Assembly (NCBI GenBank): GCA_951406725.2
Contig: OX597831.1
Coordinates: forward strand, 65,534,001-65,598,000
Source: Octopus vulgaris
Taxonomy: Eukaryota
DNA: 64,000 nt
Direction of reading: 5' to 3'
The notes beneath the pieces are model-generated. The model did no database searches, was not told where the DNA came from, and was given only the letters and a program-made list of their open reading frames with translations. The translations under genes were made by a program, and so were the position numbers. Every line of letters starts with the position of its first letter. The stretch's first letter is position 1. Positions 1 to 11,578 of the stretch are shown in pieces.

Positions 1-60
1 GTCTTGTGAATGGATTTGGTAGACGGAAACTGAAGGAAGATATATATATATATATATATA

Positions 61-712
61 GTTACAAATTGAGATAGGGGTTGTAAATGCAACCCTCCAT
101 GGGATAACATATATCCAATATACTTCAAGTGAAGTACCCAACAAAGTTAATACATAAATGTTAAGGATTGCGATGCAATCAATTCATTTACTGTATTATA
201 TGGGCAAATGTAATATGATTTACCACAAATTACTAATACAAGATAAGAAAATGGAGAAATACATCTAAATCAAATATCAATTATCAGATAATACTCAATC
301 ACATACTTTATTAAACCACCACATAAGAGACTGTAGGGTTAAACATAAAAAAGCAAAACAAATCAGTGTACATAAAGGAATGTACATAAAAAAGTGTACA
401 TAAAAGAGTAATGTTGTATAATAAGTAGAATATATATAAAAAAGAGAATATAAATATAAGTAAATATAAATATAAGTATAGATTACATCTTACAGCTGTT
501 TCGGCCATGTAGATAAGTATGTCTCATTTTACCAATATTAGCCTATTATGGTAGTACACTTTTTTATGTACATTCCTTTATGTACCCTGATTTGTTCTGC
601 TTTTTTATATTTAACCCTACAGTCTCTTATGTGGTGGTTTAATAAAGTATGTGATTGAGTATTATCTGATAATTGATATTTGATTTAGATGTATTTCTCC
701 ATTTCCTTATCT

Positions 713-717
<5 letters not shown>
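61..717 (-). mobile_element. Penelope-like element terminal repeat (pLTR) fragment with inverted duplication, embedded between (TA)n tracts
   Basis: 164-bp inverted repeat (236-399 vs 554-717). The spacer contains, on minus, GGCC-GAAA-CAGCTG-TA-AGA, the 3' half of a PLE-type hammerhead. Confidence 0.55.
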
Positions 718-772
<55 letters not shown>

Positions 773-774
<2 letters not shown>

Positions 775-1625
775 GCACAAAACCCTACTGCTTATATCTC
801 CACACTTCATAAAAAGGACTTCATAACTAAACTATCTATACGCCTCATATGCCCTACCAAATCCGACGTGAGAAGAATTAGCAAAAATATTCTGGATAAT
901 ACCAATCGTCAAAGAGAAATTGAATGCCAACTTATGGTCCTGTACAGGCGAAGTCATAAAATGGTTCCATCTCTTAAACAACAAAAACTTTTCTTTCCTA
1001 CAGTTTTATATAAAAAATTACTATTTTTCTATTTATTCCAAACTTCTTAATCAAGCTCTCCTTCTGGCTAGAAATCTAATCTAATCCCACTAAAAAATTA
1101 ACATAATTCTTAATACCCGTAAAACACTTATTTCTTTCGAGGAAAAACTTTGGTGCCGAGCCAACCACTATAACAATAACAATAACCATAGCAAATTATT
1201 TGACATTACTATGGGATCATCCGACTCCGCCCAAGTCAACGGCCCCGTTGGACTATACATACACCGCCAGCTCCGAATACATTTCCCTAACATCAAGGGA
1301 GGCCTCTACAGAGATGACGCTTTGGTAGTCACCAAGGGCGTTAATAAATCTTCTTTTGAACGAGTTAGGAAAGATCTACATAAACTTTTCTCTAACCTCA
1401 ACCTATCTATTACTTTTGAAAATTCCCATTAAACCACTAATTTTTTAGACGTAACTTTAAATTTAGAAACCTCCCATTACTCTTCATATCACAAACCTAA
1501 CAAATACCTTAAGTATTTAAACATTAATTCCAATCACCACAAATCCTCCTTTGATAATATAATTATGGGTATCTCAGTTCATATATCTGATCTTTCATCC
1601 ACTGAGGAAATATTCAATAACCACA
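773..1625 (+). mobile_element. Decayed Penelope-like element reverse transcriptase
   Basis: Frameshifted peptides RLICPTKSDVRRISKNILD, FDITMGSSDSAQV..GLY, GGLYRDDAL, NFLDVTLNL, YLNINSNH are characteristic PLE RT motifs. Confidence 0.85.
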
Positions 1626-2750
1626 TACATATATGGACATGTATACATGTATGCGTGCATGTGTATGGACATATGTGTGTGTGTGCGTGTGTGTGCGTGT
1701 GTGTGTGTATGCGTGTGCGCGTGTGTGTGCGTGTATGTGTATACATATTTATGTACGTATGTGTATGCATATATCTACAGGTGTGTGTGTGTGTGTGTGT
1801 ATATGCACATATGCGTATGAGTTTAAGTACATAAATATGCAGGCCTATATAATAGTGCATATACAGACATATATCTATGTGTGTGCGCGCATGCGTATAT
1901 CAATATACACTTCCTTCTTTCTCTCTCTGATTTCTCAGCCAGTAAAATAAATACCTCTGTCTATTTTTAGAAACTTGACCATTATATCTTATTATTCTTC
2001 TCTTCATCTTGAGGTTTACTACTCACTTTAGTAACCACCCCGTACCATTTTCTGTATCCATCCCTCCACCTTAGTGCCTTTCAAGCATATCACCCCACCT
2101 CCCACGTATTCATTCCTTACATTCCTATCTCTTCCTATCCCTACCCTACACCTCTCCCACCCCTCATAATTTCTTGACCACCAACTAACACTCTTTTTTC
2201 ATTTTCTTTCTTTCTTTCTTTCCTCACCTATTCCTTTTGACCATTTTCCTCATTTTAGCATACATTCTTTTCTCTCCTCTCTATATACTTATAACTACCA
2301 TTACATTCTCATTATTTCCATTTCCCCATTAATCAAAAGTCATCTTCAGAAATTAATTTCTTTGTTATTTGCATCTGTGTTTCACATGTGACAAAAGAAT
2401 TTTCAAGTTAAGATCCATTATTCTATTTCAGGATAGAGTGAAGATAGAACAAGTTAAACACAAAAAAAAAAAACTAAAAAAAACAACAAAAACAAAAATA
2501 ACACAAAAACAAAATAAAAATAAAAACAAAAGCGTAGGAAACGATCTTTATCACTGTAAACATTGATGGGAAAACGTAAGGGTTGTATTAGAAATACGTA
2601 TGTAAATACTTAGCTCAAGTGGACAAGTTATTATATACATAAAGATAACTATCGTTGAAACACAGCATTAGAGATTAATCAAATGCCAAGAATAACGGAT
2701 ATGTTAGGGATTAAAACCGTTTTCAATATACAGAAAATTTTGCAATGAAA

Positions 2751-2788
<38 letters not shown>

Positions 2789-2945
2789 CGCGCATATACC
2801 CAAACACACAGTAAATGAAATTATTATCAAGACGAAATGTAGATGCCATATTTTCAAAGAGGGCACTTTCATAAACTGTTCGATGCAAAATGACCACCCC
2901 AAACGAAGGACAAGCTGGAAGGACTTAAGAGAAAATATTATTTTT

Positions 2946-3265
2946 TCTCGTAGAGGGAATCACACCACCGCTATTTAGCCCTAGGAAGCATCGACGCTTC
3001 CTGTCGGCTTTGACACATTTCCTGCGTCCTTATATTCGCAAAGGGGAGGCAAGCACCCCCTCCAGCTAGGACTAGCAGCCTGAAGACATGCATGTTTCTG
3101 GGTCTTGCCCGTCATCAGTCCAGGGTAGCGTGTCCCCGTTAGCGGTGATACTTGCCAAGCCTCCCCGCTTTGCAAATATAAGGACATAGGAAATGTGCCA
3201 AAGCCGACAGGAAGCGTCGATGCTTCCTAGGGCTATATAGGAGTGGTGTAATTCCCTCTACGGGA
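2946..3265. mobile_element. Fold-back element with ~105-bp terminal inverted repeats and a central hammerhead
   Basis: 2946-3050 is the reverse complement of 3159-3265 with few mismatches. Further nested pairings continue toward the centre. Confidence 0.75.
3079..3124 (-). ncRNA. Type I hammerhead ribozyme
   Basis: Minus strand: CCTGGA CTGATGA CGGG CAAGA CCCA GAAA CATGCATG TC TTCAGG. 6-bp stem I, intact core, palindromic stem III, GUC site, and a C-A mismatch at the base of stem II. Confidence 0.8.
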
Positions 3266-3649
3266 CTGTCACGTTATGTTGACTTTATACAACCACTCTA
3301 TCGCTCCACCGCCGCTCATGTCTCTTTGAGACATTTAGAAATTCAATATTTCTAATCATTTTTCTATAATGGAAATAATGTATGAAAGTATTGGCATATC
3401 TCATAAAGTGTTGATACACGAAAGATCACCCACGCCTCCCCTCAAAACAAAGCCCTAAACTGTTCTAAGCTTCAGAGCAATGGCAGTATCAAAAATTTAT
3501 GACCAGTATTATTAGATGGTTCAGCCAATCTTGTTTAGTGATAAGTAATAACTGAAAATTTCATCTCATTTGTTACAAGACAATCAACCAGATACACCTG
3601 AAATAAAGTTGAGATGTAAAATATAGTGATAGCGCTAATAACTGATCTA

Positions 3650-4240
3650 ATATTGGTTTCAAATTTTGGCACAAGCCCAGCTATTTCGGGGGAGGGGTAA
3701 GTCGAGTACATCGACCCCAGTGCTCAACTGATATTTATTTCATCAACCCTGAAAGAAAGAAAGAAAGGCAAAGTCGACCTCGGCGGAATTTGAACTCAGA
3801 ACGTAAAGACGGACGAAATACCTATTTCTTTATTACCCACAAGGGGCTAAACACAGAGGGGACAAACAAGGACAGACAAACGGATTAAGTCGATTATATC
3901 GACTCTAGTGCGTAATTGGTACTTATTTATTCGACCCCGAAAGGATGAAAGGCAAAGTCGACCTCGGCGGAATTTGAACTCAGGACGTAGCAGCAGACGA
4001 AATACCTATCTCTTTCTTTACTACCCACAAAGGGCTAAACACAAAGAGGACAAACAAGGACAGACAAACGGATTAAGTCGATTATATCGACCCCAGTGTG
4101 TAACTGGTACTTAATTTACCGACCCCGAAAGGATGAAAGACAAAGTCGACCTCGGCGGAATTTGAACTCAGAAAGTAACGGTAGACGAAATATCGCTAAG
4201 CATTTCGCCCGGCATGCTAACGGTTCTGCCAGTTCGCCGC
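3650..4240 (-). mobile_element. Tandem trimer of tRNA-derived SINE (family B)
   Basis: Three repeats of ttctgagttcaaattccgccgaggtcgactttgcctttc (B-box-like) on minus. Units are joined tail|aggtatttcgtc. Confidence 0.85.
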
Positions 4241-4264
4241 TTTCGTCTCCTAATTAATAATAAT

Positions 4265-4447
4265 AATGCTGATTTCAAATTTTTGTCACGTGGCCAACAA
4301 TTTCGGTGGAGCGGTAAGTCAGTTACATCGAACCCAGTACTCAACTGATGCTTATTTTATCGACGCCGAAAGGATGAGTGGCAAAGCCGACCTCGGTGGA
4401 ATTTGAACTCAGAACGTAAAGCATAACGATTCTGCCAGCTCGCTGCG
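4265..4447 (-). mobile_element. SINE family B, diverged copy
   Basis: Same core (ctcggtggaatttgaactcagaacg) and head (ctgccagctcgc). Confidence 0.75.
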
Positions 4448-4846
4448 TTTAAAAAAAAAAAAGATCTAACATTGATTTCGGTTGGAAGATGAATGAATAG
4501 TATGGACAGCCTCATTCACTGAACAATATAGAAAGTCCATCATGTTAGAACGTCTCCTCCATTACACTGCCCAGAAAAGTAACAAATGTGTAAAATACAA
4601 ACATCTATGGTTTATAATCACCGTTAAATAAATCCGAGATAATTTTGATACAAGTTGTTGGAGGAGGATTCCACTAATAGGATATTGTTGAACCCGAAAC
4701 TACGATATAAGATACTTTCCCATGGTTGATGTATCAAACTCGATACCACGGGTCGCGAAGTGACTGTCTTAAACAGGTGTCTGTATCCATTGGTTAAGCC
4801 GCATTAATTAGAATAGAAATTTTGGTTGTTGGTACTATCGTCTTGT

Positions 4847-5263
4847 AAGGCGGTGAGCTGGCAGAAACGTTAGCACGCCGGACGAAATGCCTAGCGGTAT
4901 TTCGTCTGCCGTTACATTCTGAGTTCAAATTCCGCTAAGGTCGACTTTGCCTTTCATCCTTTCGGGGTCGATAAATTAAGTACCAGTTCCGCACTGGGGT
5001 CGATGTAATCGACTTAGTACCTATATCTGTCCTTGTTTGTCCCCTATGTGTTTAGTCCCTTGTGGGTAATAAAGAAATAGGTATTTCGTCTGCCGCTACG
5101 ATCTGAGTTCAAATTCCGCCGAGGTTGACTTTGCCTTTCATCCTTTCGGGTTCGATAAATTAAGTACCAGTTACGCACTGGGGTCGATGTAATCGACTTA
5201 ATCCGATTGTCTGTCCTTGTTTGTCCTCTCTGTGTTTAGCCCCTTGTGGGTAGTAAAGAAATA
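4847..5263 (+). mobile_element. SINE family B dimer with 16-bp TSD
   Basis: Head aaggcggtgagctggcaga, two bodies, TSD ggtactatcgtcttgt (4831-4846) / ggtattatcgtcttgt (5264-5279). Confidence 0.9.
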
Positions 5264-5799
5264 GGTATTATCGTCTTGTTATGCTTTCTCTAACGAGGGA
5301 TTTTCTCTCAGAAGATTAACAACGTAAATAAAGTGAATTGGTCGCGACAGAAACTAAAGGGTGGACTCAGCGGGTCAGGAATTTACTGCTAATCAATGGT
5401 TCTACATCAAAGTTGTGGAATATACGAGTGTCTTTTGAGTTATGCAGACAAGCTAGAAGGAAGAAAAATCAATAAAAGCACGAACCAAAACTTGCACGTT
5501 AACCGATGTGGCTTAGCCTAATGCATGCCGACTTGTGATTCAGAAGTTGGCTTCGTAACCACGTGGTTTCCGGTTCTATCTTATTGTGTGGGGCATTGAG
5601 AAAGTTCTGGTGTAGCCTCGAGTTGAGCAATATCTTGTAAGTGGAATTTCATAGACGAAAACTGTGTGGAAGCCTTTCTCTCTCTCACACATACACACAC
5701 ACACAAGCACACACAAGTACACATATACACTTGTACACACATACTCGTACACACATTCGTACACACACTCGTACACACACACTCGTATACACATACACA

Positions 5800-5862
<63 letters not shown>

Positions 5863-6216
5863 ATACACACACACACCGAGTTATGTACAGCCAAGCCCTG
5901 AAAGTACTGAACAATGGTTGGCAAGGATCTTGAGCTGTGTGAACTGCCAACTCGCTCGGTGGATTTTTAAGGCAACAAGCTATAGCATTCAATAAACTGG
6001 AACAATATGCCCACTAAACGAATTACTCATAGCTATTAAAAACATATATATTATAATCAAACAATTGGTGACACCTGACTCAGAAAATATAGTCTTTTCT
6101 TCTGTTTGTGGTGGGCCTGTCAAAACTATTTTGACCGACTTAATTTTAACAAAGTGTCGTTCACTCAGGCAGATTGCTGTAGAATAGTCTCATCTGGAAT
6201 TGTTGCAATCTGCGTG

Positions 6217-6974
6217 GGACCTTGGGCAAGTTTCTTCTACTATAGCCTGAAAGAAGCTATAGCCTCGGGCCGACCAAACCCTTGTGAATGGATTTGGTAG
6301 ACGGAAACTGAAAGAAGCCTGTCGTATATGTGTGTGTGTGTGTGTGTGTTTGTGTGTATTTATTTATTATTTTATTTGTTTCAGTCATTTGACTGCAGCC
6401 ATGCAGGAATCGACCCCAGGACTTATTCTTTGTAAGCCTAGTTCTTATTCTATCGGTGTTTTTGCCGAACTGCTAAGTTATAGGGACGTAATCACATCAA
6501 CATCGGTTGTCAAGCGACGGTGGGGTGACAAATACAGACACACAAACACATACACACACATACATGTATACATATATACAACGGGCTTCTTTCAGTTTCT
6601 GTCCACCATTCCACTCACAAGGCTTTGGTGGGTCCGAGGCTATAGTGGAAGACACTTGTCCAAGGTGCCACGCAGTGGGAATGAACCCGGAACCATGTGG
6701 CTGGTAAGCAAGCTACTTACCACACAGCCGCTCCAGTGCACACATACGCACACGCAGACACATACACACAAGCTCACACGCACAATTCTTGTGACTGAGA
6801 CAAAGTAGCGAATAACGCGCAACTGCAATCGCACACGCATACGCATACACATTGGTACATGTATGCATAGTACCAATAGTAGAAAATATTTGCCCAAGGT
6901 GTCACGCAGTGGGACTGAACCCGGAACCATGTGGTTGGTAAGCAAGCTACTTACCACACAGCCACTCCTGCGCC
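6217..6974. mobile_element. Cluster of SINE family A pieces (plus partial 6217-6358, minus near-full 6372-6734, minus 5' piece 6888-6974)
   Basis: Shared blocks ccttgggcaagt (CORE-like), ggatttggtagacggaaactgaaagaagcc, and an internal microsatellite. Confidence 0.85.
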
Positions 6975-7704
6975 TAGTGGCGTATGTACACTTTGGTCTC
7001 TTATATGCAAGTAAATATTTATCTAAATCTTGTACGACTCCATTCTTTTATTCTTTTATTCTTTCCTTTTTTATTCTTTCCTTCTTTCTATCAGCCTTTT
7101 CACGCTAATTCCGTTCATTCCACTCTTCGTTCTTTCGTTGCCCCTCTCTCACATTTCATTGCTTTCTCTTCATGCTCACTTTCCCTCCTCTTTTCACTTC
7201 ACTGTCTCCCTGTCATCTTTTCTCGCCCCTCCTTATTTCTTCTGTCTCGCTACCTCTACCTCTCTCTCTCTTCTCTCCCCACGTGACTGGTGTTCGGCCA
7301 AGCCTGACCTTTCTTTCTTGGTTCGGCTGCTGTCTGTGCAGCATCTATATTCTTCTCTGTGCCAGTGAAATCTTGTGTCCCTACCGTAAAGCTTTACTTC
7401 CATACACGTCAGCTTAATTTAATTCGTCCTTAATCGAAAGACACCTGTTGTTATGTCCTGTTATTTGTATTCGTGTAACTTTCTCCATTTTTTCCCGTCC
7501 TTGTTTTCGTATACATTCGATGCTTTCTTCCAAGGAATCTAATACTCTTAGCTTAGTTTTCCTTGGGGCTGGCCAGATTGGAACTCGACTGAGGAAAGAA
7601 AACTCTGAATGATAAGTCCTTGTTTTCTTTGTATCGTCTATCTGAATGTTTTGCGTTCTTGTCCCATTTTGTATTTTTTATAAATACATACATACATACA
7701 TACA

Positions 7705-7780
<76 letters not shown>

Positions 7781-7829
7781 CATACATATATATATACATA
7801 CATATACATACATATACACACACAGACAC

Positions 7830-8065
7830 ACATACATATATATATGTATGTGTGTGTGTATGTGTGTTTGTCCTCCCACCATCGCTTGATAGCCGATGTT
7901 GGTGTGTTTACGTCTCCGTAACATGAGCGGTTCGGCAAAAGGGATCGATAGAGTAAGTACTAGGCTTACAAAGAATAAGTCCTGGGGTCGCTTTCTTCAA
8001 CGAAAGGCGGTGCTTCAGCATGGCCGCAGTCAAACGACTGAAACAAATAAAAGAATAAAAGAATT
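7830..8065 (+). mobile_element. SINE family A, 3' half
   Basis: gcggttcggcaaaa...cagcatggccgcagtcaaacgactgaaacaa tail. Confidence 0.85.
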
Positions 8066-8158
8066 AAAATGTCACGTAGACATGATTTGAAGTTTTTAAT
8101 TGAGCCTTACTGTCATCATGGCTGGGGTCACACTCTTATTCTCTGATTATTTTAGACA

Positions 8159-8547
8159 AGGCGCAGGAGTGGCTGTGTGGTAAGCATGGTTCCGGGTTAA
8201 GTCCCACTGCGTGGCATCTTGGGCAAGTGTCTTCTGCTATAGCCCCGGGCCGACCAATGCCTTGTGAGTGGATTTGGTAGACGGAAACTGAAAGAAGCCT
8301 GTCGTATATATGTATATATATATAAGTGTGTGTGTATATGTTTGTGTGTCTGTGTTTGTCCCCCTAGCATTGCTTGACAACCGATGCTGGTGTGTTTACG
8401 TCCCCGTCACTTAGCGGTTCGGCAAAAGAGACCGATAGAATAAGTACTGGGCTTACAAAGAATAAGTCCCGGGGTCGATTTGCTCGACTAAAGGTGGTGC
8501 TCCAGCATGGCCACAGTCAAATGACTGAAACAAGTAAAGAGAGTAAG
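8159..8547 (+). mobile_element. SINE family A, near full length
   Basis: tRNA-like head ggcgcaggagtggctgtgtggtaag, CORE-like block, internal (TA)/(TG), standard tail. Confidence 0.9.
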
Positions 8548-8635
8548 TCCTACCATTATTTCATTGGATACACCTGTAGATGAGTTGCAAGCATGCTTAA
8601 CAAAAAAAAAACTATTTCTGGAGACGAGAAGAAAA

Positions 8636-8903
8636 GGATCTTTTCGGTTTGAACGGCAGTTTTTAAAAATAATTTCCACGTAACTAAAAGATTTTAAACT
8701 TCGTATACTGGTAGAATGTGTTTTCTCTTGGCTTTATTGAGAAAATTCTATAGTTTGTAAGATATTTGTTGTTTTTTTTCTTCAATTTCTGCAATTTCAA
8801 CCAATCAATGACCGTCTATTTTAGGTGAAAACATTCTGAGCCGTATGAATATGTCCCTCGTTTAAGAAACAGATTGGGTTTATTTACATTTGGGAAGAAA
8901 AAA
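8636..8903 (+). mobile_element. Truncated GGATC-TIR MITE
   Basis: Left TIR ggatcttttcggtttgaacggcagttttt and body matching the full copies. It is fused to a SINE A piece (8905-9183). Confidence 0.85.
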
Positions 8904-9399
8904 AGGTTCAATCCTACTGCGTTCCACCTAGGGCACATGTTCTCTGCTATAGTCTCGGCCCAACCAAAGCCTTGCGAGTGGATTTGGTAGACGGAACCCC
9001 CTCACCGCTTGACAACCGGTGTTGGTGTGTTTACGTCCCCGTAGCCTAGCAGTTCAGCAAAAGAGTCCGATAGAATAAGTACCAGTAGCTTTAAAAATAA
9101 GTACTGGTTTTTATTCCCATTCGACTAAGATTCTTCAAGGCGGTGCCCCAGCATGGCCGCAGTCTAATGACTGAAGTAAAAAGATATATATATATATATA
9201 TATATATAGGAATTTATCTATCAGGTTGAGTAAAACGCAAGCAACGTTTTGAACCACAAAAAATTTGTAATGGAGTTTTGCAGAATTAAAAATGTTTTAA
9301 ATAATGTTTTTGCACTTGACTGATTATACAGACATAGAATTGTTCAAATGCATCAATAAATTAACATTGATTTTTTTTCACCGTTATTACAATCATCTG

Positions 9400-11283
9400 G
9401 ACCGGCTTGTTCGTGATGTTGTTTGTGCGTCGTTAGAGAGGTTAGTGAAGCATTGTTGAATTAGAATTATTTTTGTTATTAATTGCTGCCTTACGGTAGT
9501 TTTGTTAACGTTGTCCACCTTGTTTCAAGGAGGAAGCGCATAAATTGTGTCTTCATGATGTCTGAAGATTTGGATTCTTCAGACGTAACGATGTCTGAAA
9601 AAGAATTACCGAGAAATTTGGATATTGCAGACCAGAAGATGGAAAAAAATCAAGGTGGAAAAAAAATAATGAATTTTGCAGTTGCGGCTGGTGAAAGAAG
9701 AAAAGATTTGTTTTAAGAAGATGGAGTTGAACAAGTACAAAGAAATCCTGCGAAGAGAAGGGCACAAAGTAAAGGTGACCCCTCCTAGTGAAGTTACAAA
9801 GGGCACACAAAAAAGGCAATTATGTATAGAATGTATAATCTGGATGCAAAGAGAATGGAGATAGTAAAAAAACCACAAGTTGAGAAAGCATTGAGACCCA
9901 TCTGGCAGGATGTCACCTACCTTGCCAGAGGGAGGAAATACGCAACTGTGGAGGTCCAATTTGCATCCTAGGAAAAGGCCAGACAACATTCGGTAGCCTC
10001 CTTGAAAACGGACGAGGTAATACTTTTGCTTACTTATCATGGAAAGCTGCTTCCAGGGTAAGGGTGGAAGAGATTCCTGCGGACGTAAATGTCGCCTGGC
10101 TGGTGACCGCAATACTACTGGATGTAGAACAGAAGATAGAGGTCCTCCAAGTAACGTGAACGCCACCGAAGAATTGGCAAGGGCAGACCTTGAAGATAAT
10201 CATGCGGGCTGCCCCGGAAGACCTTGAAAGAATGGTCGACACCATAACGGTGGGTGAGGAGGTGGTATTAAGAGTTATAGTGGTGGGCAGGAAGCCCCGA
10301 TATTATAAATGTGGCCAGAAGGGCCACATAAGAGGGGAATGCTCTCCACCGATCACAAAGACACCATCAGTACTACAGGTCCGAAGGAAAATCGCCCCTC
10401 TACCTCCTGCAATGACAAGTGGTACAGGAGGGAGTGTGGAGAAGCCCGGCAAGGAGACACAAATTGAGGAGAGAAAAGGGAAGAATGGAAGACGGTAAGC
10501 TGGAAAAAGAGAACTCAGGATATTGATGTTACCCCACACATCCAACCCCCACTCCGCCAGACTCTGCCTTATCCTCCCCCCCGCAAGAAAACCAACCCTC
10601 ACCCTATCCCACCAAACACTGATACTAAAGCTACAAACACGCAGGAGCCCCATAATTTCCCAACTTCAACCCTATGAAAAAAGTTGTATTGTTTCTTTTG
10701 CAATGAGTCACTTGATGAGTTGTGCGATGAAATAAACAATGTGGACGAATTGATAAAAGTCGATATTGAAGGATGTGGGGGAGTGCCCTCGCAAGTTAAA
10801 TGTGTATTAATGGAGAGAAAGAACTCACAAAGATTACGCGAGGATTACGGGAGAAATGTCATTATCTCATCAACTTTTTCAAGTTTCACTTGAAAAGGAA
10901 GATGAGAGTAGAGTGGGAAGTGCTGTCTGGTAGCAAGTTTATTGAAAGGTGGGTGAATGTCGCAAGAATGGTCAGCATGAACGGACCAATTCTGAGGATA
11001 CACCTGTAAAAAAAGATTAAAAGGAAATATAAAAAGAGAAAGGGGCTCTCTACCCCCCTTTTGACCAGGCTCCCGTGGCTTTTATGGGTTTTTCCACGAG
11101 TAAACTTTCGAAGTGCTTCCTCCTATTGGGAGTTTTAATTGTTACTTACATTTTGTTGTTATCCTTCTTTTGTACACGGACTTTTTTCAAACGGACAAAA
11201 CCCTTTGTAACTTTCGTCCTGTGTTTTGTCCCTTTATGTTTTAATTGATTTTTGTTAGCCCTTGTGGCCAATAAATGAACGAA
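9400..11283 (+). mobile_element. Non-autonomous Tx1/L1-type retroelement: gag-like ORF1 pseudogene plus ORF2 C-terminal tip
   Basis: Frameshifted ORF1 with decayed CCHC knuckle YKCGQKGHIRGEC. FFKFHLKRKMRVEWEVLSGSKFIERW resembles the Tx1 ORF2 end. 3' end gcccttgtggccaataaa. Confidence 0.7.
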
Positions 11284-11561
11284 TTATCTCACAAAAGGAA
11301 ATTGATACCAGAGGAGTGCAGTCAACGGTAAGCTATCATAAGCTTTTAAAAGAAATTAACACGGACATAGTAAGTGTTTAATTGCTTTTTTAAAAAGTTT
11401 CAATGAGATCACTTGGATTGTGGGGTCCGAGTGGCCTTCATTTCATCCATTCATTTTTTATACCACCCTTCTCATTCGTTTAATCTTTTCCCCCACTTCT
11501 GTGTTTTTGTCCATCTTTGTACTGTCCCTCTATGTTAAGCACCATGTGGACAATAAAAAAT
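11284..11561 (+). mobile_element. 5'-truncated related retroelement (3' end only)
   Basis: Pyrimidine-rich 3' UTR ending ctctatgttaagcaccatgtggacaataaaaaat, directly followed by the target copy cgttgttacaatcatct. Confidence 0.6.
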
Positions 11562-11578
11562 CGTTGTTACAATCATCT

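Noticed and set aside
7585-7620. CTGAGGA...GAAT hammerhead-like motif in a pLTR-like segment
   Set aside because: Stem II is poor, it has GAAT instead of GAAA, and there is no consistent stem I or III.
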